Source: Octopus sinensis (lineage: Eukaryota). From it: a DNA stretch of 64,000 nucleotides. The translations under genes and the position numbers were made by a program. Position 1 is the first letter of the stretch. Each line of letters starts with the position of its first letter. Positions 51,160-64,000 of this stretch are shown here, piece after piece. The stretch is from assembly GCF_006345805.1 (NCBI RefSeq), contig NC_042997.1, forward strand, positions 192,696,001 to 192,760,000. The letters are read 5' to 3'. The notes beneath the pieces were generated by a model. That model worked only from the letters and a program-made list of their open reading frames with translations, did not search any database and was not told the DNA's origin.

Positions 51160-51597
51160 GAGCATGATCCAAGCGTGATTGTTACCAGAGCAACAAACTG
51201 GCTTCCATGCCGGTGCCACATAAAAAGCACCATTCGAGCATGATCGTTACCTGCATCGCCTTACTGGCACTTGTGCTGGTGGCACGTGAAAAAACATTTG
51301 AGCGAGGTCATTGCCAGTGCCACTGGACTGGCTCCTGTGCAGGTGGCACATAAAAAGCACCATTTGAGCATGGCCATTGCCAGTACCACCTGACTGGCCC
51401 TCATGCCAGTAGCACATAAAAGCACCCACTATACTCTCGGAGTGGTTGGCATTAGGAATGGCATCCAGCTGTAGAAACTCTGCCAGATCAGATTGGAGCC
51501 TGGTGAAGCCATCTGGTTCGCCAGACCACAGCCAAATCATCCAACCAATGCTAGCATGGAAATCGGACGTTAAACGATGATGATGATGATGATGATG
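51160..51597 (+). mobile_element. RTE 3'-UTR fragment
   Basis: Subrepeats, RTE terminus and (TGA)n tail. Confidence 0.82.
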
Positions 51598-52761
51598 AAA
51601 CCTACTGTCAGGTTACATGAGGGCTATCTATGGTCTAGTTTTTGCTTGTTGAAGACTGTTTTATGGTTTGTGTGGTTGAACTCACTATGCAACAATGTGG
51701 TTTGCAGTACAGTCCCACTGCTCGGCACTTTGGGCAAGCATTTTCTACTGTAGCCCCCGGTTGATCAATGCTTTCAGTAGATTTGGTAGATGGAAACTGT
51801 GTGGAAGCCTGTTATGTCTTTGTGTTTGACCCATCACCTCCACCACTTGACAACCAGTGTCTGTTTGTTTACATCCTCATAACTTACTGGTTTGGCAAAA
51901 GAGACTGAAAGAATAAATACCAGTCTTTAACATAAGTTTTAGTGGAGGCACATGGCATAGTGGTTAAAGCAGCGGACTTGCAGTCAAGGGATCGCAGGTT
52001 CGAATCTCAGACCGGGCGATGTGTGTGTGAGCTCCACGCCGTTCCAGCAGAAGGTAATGGCAAACATCTGCTGACTCTTTCGCCATAACTTTCTCTCACT
52101 CTTTCCTCATGCATCTAGCAACTCATCTGTGACGAACCGGCATCCTGTCCAGGTGGGGAACCTATATGCCAATGAAACTGAGAAACTGGTCCTTATGAGC
52201 CAGGCATGGCTTAAGAAGGAACAAACAACTAACAACATAAAACAACTAAAACAAGAGAAATGATTATAAATATAAGGTCCTTATATCAGGCCCCTCTGGA
52301 TCAAAGTCCTGTTTGTTTTGTTCTATCCTTGTCTTGCTTGTTACTATATCAGTAAATATACTACAAATTACTTCATTATTATTTTCTCTGTGATTTCAAT
52401 GTATTTCAGTAGAGTCGGATAGAATTTTGGCTTGAATGGCTTTGAAAATTTCTTTCTGATAATGGAGAAGTCATGGGCATTTTTCCATGCAGTAAGGAAG
52501 TCAATTGTGAAGAGATCAGACAGTCTAGTCAAATGATCAACGAAATTAATAGTTGGACAATGTTGGATATATTTTTATTCAGTGTTTGCTTTGTTGATAT
52601 TGACCGGTGCCAAGATAATTTCAGTTAATTTCATTTAACAGAGTTAAGGCATTTGTTTCATAGTAATAAAAATTACTGATGAAAATAGGCCAGCATAGGA
52701 CTTTTGCTGAACGTAGGCCACCACTAGTTTCCTTGGCCTTGTTTATTATTATCATTATTAT

Positions 52762-52967
52762 TCTTTTACTTGTTTCAGTCATATGACTGTGGCCATGCTG
52801 GAGCACCGCCTTTAGTCGAGCAAATCAACCCCAGGACTTATTCTTTGTAAGCCTAGTAAATATTTTATCCGTCTCTTTTGCCAAACCGCTAAGTTATGGG
52901 GATGTAAACACACCAGCATCGGTTGTCAATTGATGTTAGGGGGACAAACACAGACACACAAACTTAT

Positions 52968-53048
<81 letters not shown>

Positions 53049-53198
53049 TATATATGCCGGGCTTCTTTCAGTTTCCGTCTACCAAATCCACTCACAAGGC
53101 TTTGGTCGACCCGAGGCTATAGTGAAAGATGCAGTGGGTGCCACGCAGTGGGACTGAACCCAGAACCATGTGGTTGTAAGCAAGCTACTCCTACGCCT
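52762..53198 (-). mobile_element. SINE family A inserted in (ATT)n
   Basis: Reverse consensus. Confidence 0.85.
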
Positions 53199-53275
53199 AT
53201 TATTATTATTATTATTATTATAGGATTGGGTGAGTGTAGGCTTGTTTATCAGTATTAAGCTATAATCATTTAGAT

Positions 53276-54532
53276 CAGTGGTTCTCAACCAGGATTCAAC
53301 CAAGATTTTATGCGCAATAAACTGGTTCTACTTTTACAATACACAAAATATTTTTACAGTTTTCTATACAATTCCTAATAATGTTTTATTATAAAACTAT
53401 GATAATAGGATGTTTTAAACATTGAATGGCTATGAAGGACCATCATCATCATCATCACCGTTTAACATCTGCTTTCCATGCTAGCATGGGTTGGACGATT
53501 TGACTGAGGACTGGCAAACCAGATGGCTACACCAGGTTCCAGTCTGATCTGGCAGAGTTACTACAGCTGGATGCCATTCCTGACGCCAACCACTTCAAGA
53601 GTGTAGTGGTTGCTTTTACGTACCACTGGCACACGGGCCAGTCAGGCGGTACTGGCAAATGGTGTTTTTTATGTGCCACCTGCACAGGAGCCAGTCCAGT
53701 GGCACTGGCAATGATCTCGCTTAAATGCTTTTTCATGTGCCACCGGCATTTTTACATGCCACCGTCACGGAAGCCAGTCAGCTGCTCTGGCAACAATCAC
53801 TCTCAGATGGTGCTCTTAGCACTCCACTGGCATGGGTGCCAGTCATTGAATTTGATTCGATTTCGATTTCACTTGCCTCAACAGGTCTTTGCAAGCAGAG
53901 TTTAATGTCCAATGAAGGAAAGGTTCGCATAAGTGGGCTGGTTACACCCCAGGCATAGGACACGAGTTATGGTCTCACTTGGCTTGCCGGGTCTTCTCAT
54001 GCACTGCATATTTCCAAAGGTCTCGGTCATTAGTCATTGTGTCAGTAAGGCCCAATATTCGAAGGTCGTGCTTCACCACCTCATCCCAGGTTTTCCTGGA
54101 TCTACCTCTTCCACAGATTCCCTCAACTGCTAGGGTGTGGCACTTTTTCACACAGCTATCTTCATCCATTCTCGCCACATGACCATACCAGCACAGTTGT
54201 CTCTCTTGCACACCACATCTGATGCTTCTTAGGTCCAGCTTTTCTCTCAAGGTACTTACACTCTGTTGAGTATGCACACTGACATTACACATCTATTGGA
54301 GCATACTGGCTTCATTCCTTGCAAGCTTACACATGTCCTCAGCAGTCATGGCCCATGTTTCACTGCCATGTAGCATGGTTGTTCGTACACATGCATCATA
54401 CAGTCTACCTTTTACTCTGAGTGAGAGGCCCTTTGCCACCAGCAGAGGTAGAAGCTCTCTGAACTTTACCTTATTCTAGCACCTACACTTTCAGCACACC
54501 TACATATCAAAGAAAACAGTTGAGAACTGCTG
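53276..54532. mobile_element. hAT-Charlie-like MITE interrupted by an RTE
   Basis: TIRs CAGTGGTTCTCAAC / GTTGAGAACTGCTG; flanks ATTTAGAT / GTTTAGAG. Confidence 0.7.
53441..54500 (-). mobile_element. 5'-truncated RTE LINE (ORF C-terminus, 3'UTR, tail)
   Basis: ORF 53975-54292 is highly similar to the C-terminus of ORF 20027-20704. Confidence 0.92.
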
Positions 54533-55327
54533 GTTTAGAGTTAAACTACCAGTAAAGGCTCATTTAAAAAGTGTAAAGCTGTGTTAGTATTGAATTTCAT
54601 GCAAAGGCAAGACTGTATACCAATCACATTACCATCATCTTATCCCTATGCTTCAGTCAAGAATCGTATGAGAAAGTTGTAAGTGCTACCCCTTTTCTCT
54701 CCACCCACTGACTAACTAGTCAAGAAAAGTTTTATGCGAGTGATTATAGGGTTGCATGGATATCTGATTTAAGGTTTGCAAATAAACCAGTGAAATATTT
54801 AGTGAGTAATAAAGATACCGCAGACTTGTTTCATTTAAGGAATTAGCTATTTACTATTTAAAGCGTGTACTTTTTTTTTTAATATTCTATGTGGTGTGCA
54901 GAGAGAGAGAGAGAGAGGGGGAGGATAGAGTTTTCTGAGACATTTAATTAGAATGCTTAATATATTTTTATTACATTTTAGGCCGGTGGGTGGTGGTTCA
55001 GACTTTGATTTTTAGCCTTGATAAAATAAGTACCAGTCAAATACTAGGGTTGATATATTTGCTCATTTTTCCTTTTCAATTTGTGGCTCTATGCCAATGT
55101 TTGGAAATCATTTATTGTTATTATTTGGAAGAGGAGCTGGCAGAAAAGTGAACGCTTTGGACAAAATGCTTAGTGCCGTTTCTTCTGGCTTTTTGTATTC
55201 TGGGTTCAAATGCCTTTCAAGGTTGACTTTGCCTTTCATCATTTCAGGATTGATAAAACGAGTACCAGTTAAGCACTGAGGTTGATGTAATCAATTAGTT
55301 CCTCCCTCAAAATTTTAGTTCCTGTAT

Positions 55328-55700
55328 CTCTCTTTTTTACTCTTTTTACTTGTTTCAGTCATTTGACTTTGTCCATGCTGGAGCACCGCCTTTAGTCGAG
55401 CAAATCAACCTCAGGACTTATTCTTTGTAAGCCTAGTACTTATTCTATCGGTCTCTTTTGCCGAACCGCTAAGTTACGGGTACGTAAATACACCAGCGTT
55501 GTTGGGGGAACAAGCACAGACACACAAACACACACACACACATATATACATATACACGACGGGCTTCTTTCAGTTTCCATCTACCAAATCCACTCACAAG
55601 GCTTTGGTCAGCCCAAGGCTATAGTAGAAGACACTTGCCCAAGGTGACACGCAGTGGGACTGAACCCGGAACCATGTGGTTGGTAAGCAAGCTACTTACC
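55328..55700 (-). mobile_element. SINE family A inserted in the tail of a family B copy
   Basis: Reverse consensus; the B-type tail resumes after 55700. Confidence 0.82.
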
Positions 55701-58700
55701 TATCTATAGCAGAAAAAAATTATCATTATTATTAGGAAGGTAGTGAGCTGGCAGAACCTTCACCATGTCTGACACAATGCTTAAACAGATCAGATCCAGC
55801 CTCTCATATCTACCCTACAGTGACATTCTAAAAATAAGCAACACCACCACTGAAATCTCGAAATCATGAGATGGGGCATAATTAATTCAAAGCAATGTGA
55901 ATACATAAGCAATACATTTGACACAGTGATGTAAATGCTGAAGGGTTAATAGACAGAGTAAAGTAAAACCGAGCAGGAAATGGTAGATTTGCCAGAGGTC
56001 TGCTTCACACTTGTTTCCAGGGTCAATAATTGGCTCCTATTCTGGCAAGTGACCTGCAGGCACTCGATTTGTTTTCAGAACCTTGTTGCTGCTTGTAACA
56101 GCATTCTGTCTGATAGTATTTGACTGGCAGCTGGTTTACATGTTCTCTTCTATCTTAACATTGTATAGTTCAGTAGAAATGAAATTACCATATATTATAC
56201 AAGCATTGTGCTGTAAAGAGTTAATAGACAACTTGTATGTATCATTAGAGCTGAACAGAGTTCAGAATTATTCATATAACATAAAAATAAAAAAAATACA
56301 TTGTGTTGTGGGTGAACATTTTTTTGCATTGGTGGTCAAGTGGAGAATAAAAATAAACTGCATGAGAAATTAAAAACGATTTACGCATGTCCTTACTCTA
56401 AGATTTTAATGTTGGTGATGTTAGTAATTTTAAGTGTGAAATTGAGATAGATCAGAGAAGCTGAGGTTTGAACCTGAGATCTCTCGTATGTCAGGTTACC
56501 ACATTGCTGATTACACTACAGAACACCTGTAGCTATGGGCCCCATCTGTACAAACTTGTTTGTTCGTTATGTTGAAGCCTCGAACTTCTCACAGTTCATT
56601 GGCCCCACCCCAGAGCTAAGTTGGTCTGTTGATGACTATCAGCACCACCACCCACACCACTAAACGACTCAATACCTTCATCTCCCTTCCTTTATTTCCA
56701 GTGGAAAAGACTTACATGTAAAATGTGTTCACCTAATACAGTAACTTTTATCTTGTTTGCCTTTGTTTTATATCACACATACATACACACATACGTACAC
56801 ATATACACACATCTTTGTTTAATCGGTTATGTAGTCCTCCAGTAAGTGATAAGTACATTGTTCGTTATCTGTCCCTTGACCCGTTTCTTTTTCATATCTC
56901 AATAGTATAATGCTTAGCAAGATTCTCATGTCATGATTTAGAAACTAAGGAAAATATTGCAATGTAGTGAGTGACTACATTAATCAAAAAACAGAGTTTA
57001 TAACTATCAAAATAGTTTCTTCACAGTGTGAAAAACGTAGTACAGTGAGGAAAAAGTTAAAAATCAAAGAAAGTGAACATGATTCATTTATACATTGTAA
57101 TTAGAAAGTGTCTGATATAAGCACAAGGCCACACATTTTGCAGTGTAGGGGAGGACAGAAGGATTAATATAATCCAGTATTTTACTGGTTGTTACTTTGA
57201 TTGTGGAAGGATAAAAGTGAAATTCAAACTCAGTGGGATTTGAACACAGAACCTACAGAAATAGAACTAAATACCTGCTGCAAGGTATTTGGTTGAATTC
57301 TCTAGTAATTTCTGTGAGATAGGATAGGATATAGATCCTTCTCAAATTATATAGACTCATAGGATTGGTTGCTGTGCATATATGTTCACCGCTGGACAGG
57401 ACACTGGTTCATCACAGGATTACTTATTTTTCTCACCTGAGTGAAGTGGAGCAATGTGAAATGAAGTGCTTTGCTCAAGAACACAACACATTGCCTGGCC
57501 AAGTAATCGAAACCACAATCTTACGATCATGACGCCATGTTCCTAATCACTAAGTCACATGTCTTCAATTTCTATAAGAAATATCAATGTCTTACTTTGG
57601 CCATATAATTTGAGGAAGAGTATGTTTCATTTTCATCTGTTGCAGTTTCTGTAATCAACTTGACTTTTATGGTGGGGCATGTGATTAGCATTCTCCTCTT
57701 CTCTGAATCCTGGAAAACCAGATCTTTTTATCATGACATGTGCTCATGATTACAGGCTTCAGAGACTAACAGATGTGGACCTTTGGTGGTGTGAAACCCT
57801 ACAGTTTCATAGTGAAGGAGCTTTTGAAGTGGTTCCTGCTCATCTGAAAGACTCACCATAGGGCACAGAGCAGTAGAAAATGGCTGGTTGGAGAGATTTC
57901 ATTGTAGCCTTATGTACTTCGAGTTCATTTTATTGATCCAGTGTTTGACTGGTACTTATTTAGTCCACTGAAGGAGGAACTGTAAAATCTACCTCAGTGG
58001 GATTTTGAATTCAGAACTACTAATTTTGTCAGCCTGCCTTTAAAGTAACTCTTTTGTTACCATATTTCTGTTGAAATACATAACATTTGTTTAAATTAGT
58101 TTAAACAAGGAGTCTGTTGGTCTCTTGCTCAACTGTGCCTCACACATAATAATCAAAGGAGTTGCAGTCTGGGGAGTTAAGTGGCCAGATGTTAGGGGTG
58201 ATGCCTTAGTTCAAATTCTGCCAAGGTCGATTTTGCCTTTCATCTTTTTGGGGTTAATAAAATAAGTATCAGTTAACTACTGGGGTTGATGTAAACAACT
58301 TAACCCCTTCTCCCAAATTCCAGGCCTTGTGCCTATAGTAGAAAGGATTATTATTATTGGTATGTATAGTACACGTAGGACTACATGATCTAATGTGTTG
58401 TATATGCTTTTTTTCATATGAACTCAGAATGTATAGATGGACAAAATGCCACCAAGCATTTTGCCCAATACTGTAATGATTCTACCAGCTTGCCACCTTA
58501 ATAATAATAATAATAATAATAATCCTTTCTGCTATAGGCTCAAGGCCTGAAATTTTGGGGAAGGGGGCTAGTCTATTACATTGACCCCAGTGCATAACCG
58601 GTATTTATTTCATTAACCTTGGAAGGATGAGAGGCGAAGTCAACTTCAGCAGAATCTGAACCCAGAATGTGTAGATGGACGAAATGCCACTTAGCCTTTT

Positions 58701-60307
58701 GCCCAGCACAGTAACAATTCTACCAGCTTGCCACCTTAAAAATAATAATAATAATAAACGGATGGTCATAGCTATAAAAGGTCACCTCACCCGGATTGTA
58801 AAAAAAAAGTGTAAACAAGGCCAATATAAAAAAAAGCATATGAAACAGCCAACACATGTAAAGTTATCAAATGGATATTTATATAAAATCAATTTTTACT
58901 TTATAATAGAGGTATAGAATTATGAACATATTTTGTTGCGTAACACAACTAACATTGTGCTACAGCTAGACTAGTTTCAGTTACACATACAAAAACCTCA
59001 GCTTTAAATCTAGAGTGAGCTGAACTCACACATACAGTTGTGTTTGAAATTTTTGTAATTCAATCAAAAGAGACATTAACACATTTATAAATGCTCACTG
59101 GCAAGATTTACTTTGGGACAAAGCTTCATGTGTGGTTGTTCAACCAGTGAGCCATGGGGTGGAAAATAAGACTCCAAAACTTTCAAACGAACACATATTT
59201 GCAGACATTTTTTGTATGCCTCTTTCTCTGTAATCTGTATGGGTATTTTTTTAATGTATGTGAATGTGTGTAAATATATATATATATATATATATATGTA
59301 TTTATGTATGTATATATATATATATATGTATGTATTTATGTATGTATGTATATGTAAAACTTGTACTAGAGTACATGTACTCTACTAAAAAGTATGGAGT
59401 ACTTTAGTCTCATTTTAAATTGTTTCCATATATAACTTGACAGAGACAAACATTTCTCTCTCTCTCTCTCTCTCTCTCTCCAGTCATTAGACTGTCACGA
59501 TTCTGGGGCACTCTGCCTTGAAGGGTTTAGGCAAATGAATCGACCCCAGTACTTATTTTTTAAGCCTGGTACTTATTCTGTTACGTCTCTGATGCCAAAC
59601 TGCTAAGTTACAAATTAACACTAGTTGTCAAGTGGCAGTGGAGAACAAACAGACACACACACAATAAACTTCTTTCAGTTTCCATCTACTAAATCCATTT
59701 GCAAGGCTTTGGTTGACCCAGGGCTATAGTAGAAGACTCTTAGCCAAGGTGCCATGCAATGAGATGGAACCTGGAACCATATGGCTGGAAATCTTCTTAC
59801 CAAATGACCATGCCTGTACCTACATACTTACATATATAATCTTTTCTACTCTAGGCACAAAGCCTAAAATTTTGGTGGGTGAGGGCCAGGGCCAGTCAAT
59901 TAGACTGGCCCCGGTATGCAACTAGTACTAAATTATTGACCCTGAAAGGATGAAAGGCAAAGTTGACCTCGGCAGAATTTGAAATCAGATCATTAAGACA
60001 GACGAAACACCGCTAAGCATTTCACCTGGCCTTTCATCATTTCAGGGTTGATAAAACAAGTACCAGTTAAGCACTGGGGTTGATGTAATCAATTAGACCT
60101 TCCCTCAAAATTCTAGTTCCCCGTATCTCTCTTTTTTTTCACTCTTTTTACTTGTTTCAGTCATTTATACATACAAATATAATGCACTTCCTGTGCTGCT
60201 ATGAATTAAACATGTTGTCACCCTTCAAGTCATATCTGCTTCCCTAATGTCAATAGGGTCCCCCCCCCCACTACTAACTTTTCTAGGTTAGTATTTTCTC
60301 TCTAAAT

Positions 60308-60669
60308 CAGTGCTTTTCAACCATTTTTTTTAACCTACAAACAAACCCCTTTGGTTCCTATTTTACTCAGATGGTCCCTCCTACCCATTTGATGTTTAAA
60401 CAATTCTGTTATATTTCATTCTTTTATTCTTTTACTTGTTTCAGTCATTTGACTGTGGCCACACTGGAGCACCACATTGAAGGGTTTTAATTGAACAAAT
60501 CAAGCCCAGGACTTATTTTTCAAGCCCAGTACTTATTTTATTGAACTCTTTTGACAAACCACTAAGTTATGGAAATGTAAATGCACCAACACTGGTTGTC
60601 AAGGAGTGAGGTAGGGACAAACAAAGGCACAGAAACGCATGCACATACATATACATATAATATATGTAT

Positions 60670-60706
<37 letters not shown>

Positions 60707-60714
60707 TACATATA

Positions 60715-60760
<46 letters not shown>

Positions 60761-60963
60761 GCATACACACACACAACAGGTTTCTTTCAGTTTCCATATA
60801 CTAAATCCACTCACAAGGCTTTGGTCAGCCTAAGACTATAGTAGAAGACACCTGCCTGAGGTGTCACGCAGTGGGATTGAACCTGGAACCATGCGGTTGG
60901 GAAGCATACTTCTTACCATACAGCTACACCTGCACCTATATGGACCCTGGTTGAGTACCACTG
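60308..60963. mobile_element. hAT-Charlie-like MITE containing a full SINE A (60425-60937, minus)
   Basis: TIRs CAGTGCTTTTCAACC / GGTTGAGTACCACTG; TSD CTCTAAAT / TTCTAAAT. Confidence 0.75.
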
Positions 60964-61289
60964 TTCTAAATCTTTGATTGATTCAGGTATGAGAACTAGT
61001 CATTAAGCAAAGAAGAATTTTCAGAGAAATCCCTAAATCATTAAAGAAAATACCTTGTGGTATTTTATGTTTTAGAACCATTTCATTATTAAGGTCAATG
61101 TAACCTTTTTGCCCTCTGGCAGTGATCAAGAATTACCTGTATTGATATATATTGATTTTATTTTACTTTAGCTGGTGGTATCCTAGCAAAACCAGTAAAA
61201 AGATAAAGAAAGATACAAGTTTTTGTATTGATGTATGTCGTTTAGCCCTTGATCAACTGCAACTATCCTGTCACTTTGTATATTTAGCA

Positions 61290-61511
61290 TTACTCTCTTT
61301 ACTCTTTTACTATTTTACTTGTTTCAGTCATTTGACTGTGGCCATGCTGGAGCACCGCCTTTAATCGAGCAACTCGACCTTGGGACTTGTTCTTTTGTAA
61401 GCCAAGTACTTATTCTATCGGTCTCTTTTGCCGAACCACTAAGTAATGGGGACATAAACACACCAGCATCAGTTGTTAAGCAATGCTAGGGGGACAAACA
61501 CAGACACACAA

Positions 61512-61550
<39 letters not shown>

Positions 61551-61718
61551 CATATACATGACGGGCTTCTTTCAGTTTCCGTCTACCAAATCCACTCACA
61601 AGGCTTTGGTCGGCCCGAGGCTATAGTAGAAGACACTTGCCCAAGGTGCCATGCAGTGGGACTGAACCCAGAACCATGTGGCTGGTAAACATGCTACTTA
61701 CCACACAGCCACTCCTGC
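61290..61718 (-). mobile_element. SINE family A, full length
   Basis: Reverse consensus. Confidence 0.88.
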
Positions 61719-63314
61719 AATTATCTTTTACTTGTTTCAGTCATTAGCGGCCATGCTGGGGCACCGCCATGAAGACTTTTAGTTGGTCGAATCAATACTA
61801 CTACTCATCTAGGCTAACTTTCTCCCTAATTAGTCGGGCCATGACTCTCTGTGTGACTTTCATTCAAACATCAAGCACTTTACAGTGTGGACTGGATGCT
61901 TTTTTTTTTCTGTGGCCCCAGCACTAGCAGGGTCTTCAAGTAACTTGCAAGACAAAAATCCTCTAAAAGGAGAGGGGTCACTGGAGGAAGTGATTTTGTG
62001 CCGAACCTTAAAAATTTATGTCCCTGATAAAATTTAAGCTATCAATTCAAAACCCAGCACCATCATTTTCCTCCTCCTCCTCCTTTTGAAGTTCATTGCA
62101 GGAAAATATCTTAGTATAAATGTGCAAAACAAATCATGGCTGGTAATCTAATATGCTGAATTTCTGCAGACCACAGATTAAAGATTCAACGTCTACAGTT
62201 TTACATACGCAGACTGCATTGAATCGTAGTCATCTACTTACTCTGGATTAACGTCTACTCTATTTTTAGCCCGGATTTCCTGTTGCTTTTTGCACCCAAA
62301 TTGCCTGGAATAATGGTTGTACACAGCTCTACAAATTGTAATTAGAGTAAATTTGTAGACTAATGAATGATAACCAAGCTGCTGTCCCTCGCTTTTGTTT
62401 TTAACTAATTTCAATATCATTTCACTAAATTGCTTAGTATCTTAGAAAATGTAATAGTAGTAGTAGTAGTAGTAGTAGTAGCGGTGGTAGTGGCTGCTAG
62501 TTGTTTGTTCTCAGGTCAGCTTTGATCAAGAAGACCTATGCAGAAAAGTATTTCAGATTTGATGATCCTATCTTCCTGTTTTTTTTGTTGTTTTTTTATC
62601 TTTCAACCGTACTGTATCTAATATTTCATTATCTAAAGTATAAAGCCAGAGAGCAGGATGTGTAATTGAAGTAAATATGTCTTATATTTCATGCAATTTG
62701 GACACCCAAATAGTGCAGTTATGATAGTGAGTTGTTAAAATACTCGCTGGTTTCAATTCAATATCTCAAAAAATAATCTGATATATTTTATAAAATCTGC
62801 TCTGTTTGTAGACTGCAATGTTATATTCTTACCTATTAACTCTCTCTGTTATCATTTCAATTCCTCTGACCTTTGTAACATGAAACTATTTCACTTAATC
62901 TCTCATAGCTATCATTCTTTCTTCATTCCTTCATAAGTTCACCCAATACTGAGCAATCAGTGACTTGGGTATATTTTTCGTGTCTGCTTTATTGTTTTGT
63001 CAAGGATTATGTAATTTTGTAAATTCAATGGAAATAGGTGATTTTTATGATCACTCAGCTCTGAAATAGTCGTAGTTTGTCCTTTTCAGCTCGGGTGGTA
63101 GTTGAAGCAAATAGTAGTAACATACATAATTTGTTTAAATAGCACAATGCAATAACAATGACTGGCTTTGGATTGGTAACATAAGAATGAGTAATTCTGA
63201 AATTTAATCACTCAGCTACTGTTTCTCTTGTCCACCATGATTTTACTATAAATCGTTAAGTAAATCTGAGGCATGTTTAGCACTTTTTGAGAAATATTTC
63301 CCACTTTTTTAATC

Positions 63315-63719
63315 TCTTTTACTCTCTTTTCTTTCACTTGTTTCAGTCATTTGACTGTGGCCATGCTGGAGCACTGCCTTTAATCGAGCAAATCGACCCC
63401 AGGACTTATTCTTTGGAAGCCTAGTACTTATTCTATCGGTCTCTTTTGCCGAACCACTAAGTTACGGGGACCTAAACACACCAGCATCGGTTGTCAAGCG
63501 ATGTTGGAGGATAAAGACACACAAACATATACACGCACATACATATACATATATACGACGGGCTTCTTTCAGTTTCCGTCTACCAAATCCACTTCCAAGG
63601 CATTGGTCGGCTCGAGGCTATAGTAGAAGACACTTGCCCAAGGTGCCATGCAGTGGGACTGAACCCGGAGCCATGTGGTTGGTAAGCAAGCTACTTACCA
63701 TACAGCCACTCCTGTGCCT
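63315..63719 (-). mobile_element. SINE family A, full length
   Basis: Reverse consensus. Confidence 0.88.
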
Positions 63720-64000
63720 GTAAAATCATAAAAATTTTATTAAAAACTCTGAATTATAAAAAGCTACATGAATTAAGTTATGCATTTATAGCTATGCATA
63801 TGTGATTCTGTGTGTGTTTACATATATATAAATATAAACATTCAGTTACTATGTTAAATAATTAGATATTGCGAAGAGCACACAATCTATAAAAGCTTTT
63901 GTTATATATATTCTCTGGTACCCATAATAGAACAAACAACACTACTATGTAAAAGATGTATTTATGATTGAAGCAGAGATAGAATTTTACATGTTGATGT

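Noticed and set aside
52400-52745. Possible decayed non-LTR RT fragment (GGLRSAKVLCWP, minus)
   Set aside because: A single short motif is insufficient.
56455-56530. tRNA-like sequence on the minus strand
   Set aside because: Only box remnants with no cloverleaf; probably an old SINE head.

Overview
AT-rich, microsatellite-dense animal DNA with a 100-N gap at 458-557. The repeat content (tRNA-derived SINE families, an RTE LINE with (TGA)n tails, Penelope-like pieces) points to an octopus genome; this is inferred from recalled repeat families, not from a search. No intact host protein-coding exon is recognisable. Most short ORFs in the track are translations of SINEs and simple repeats. Supported elements: a Penelope-like RT/GIY-YIG fragment (8.2-9.76 kb, minus); a 5'-truncated RTE LINE with a Cys/His finger (19.45-21.3 kb) plus many 3' fragments; and a complete but decayed Chapaev3-type DNA transposon (23181-27449, TTA TSD). 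That transposon carries three nested insertions: a DD36E Tc1-like element, a fold-back tRNA-head/hammerhead element with a 15-bp TSD, and a TTAA MITE. Also present are Helitron and hAT non-autonomous elements, a Gypsy RT remnant, a CCA-ending tRNA-Thr-like pseudogene, a perfect 131-bp-arm palindrome, and a SINE-free CpG-richer stretch (28.1-31 kb) that may be a promoter or first exon. The most interesting signal is six degenerate minimal type-I hammerhead ribozyme motifs in about five different non-coding repeat contexts. One of these joins a Pol III tRNA-like head to a hammerhead, suggesting a retrozyme or Penelope-dependent SINE system.
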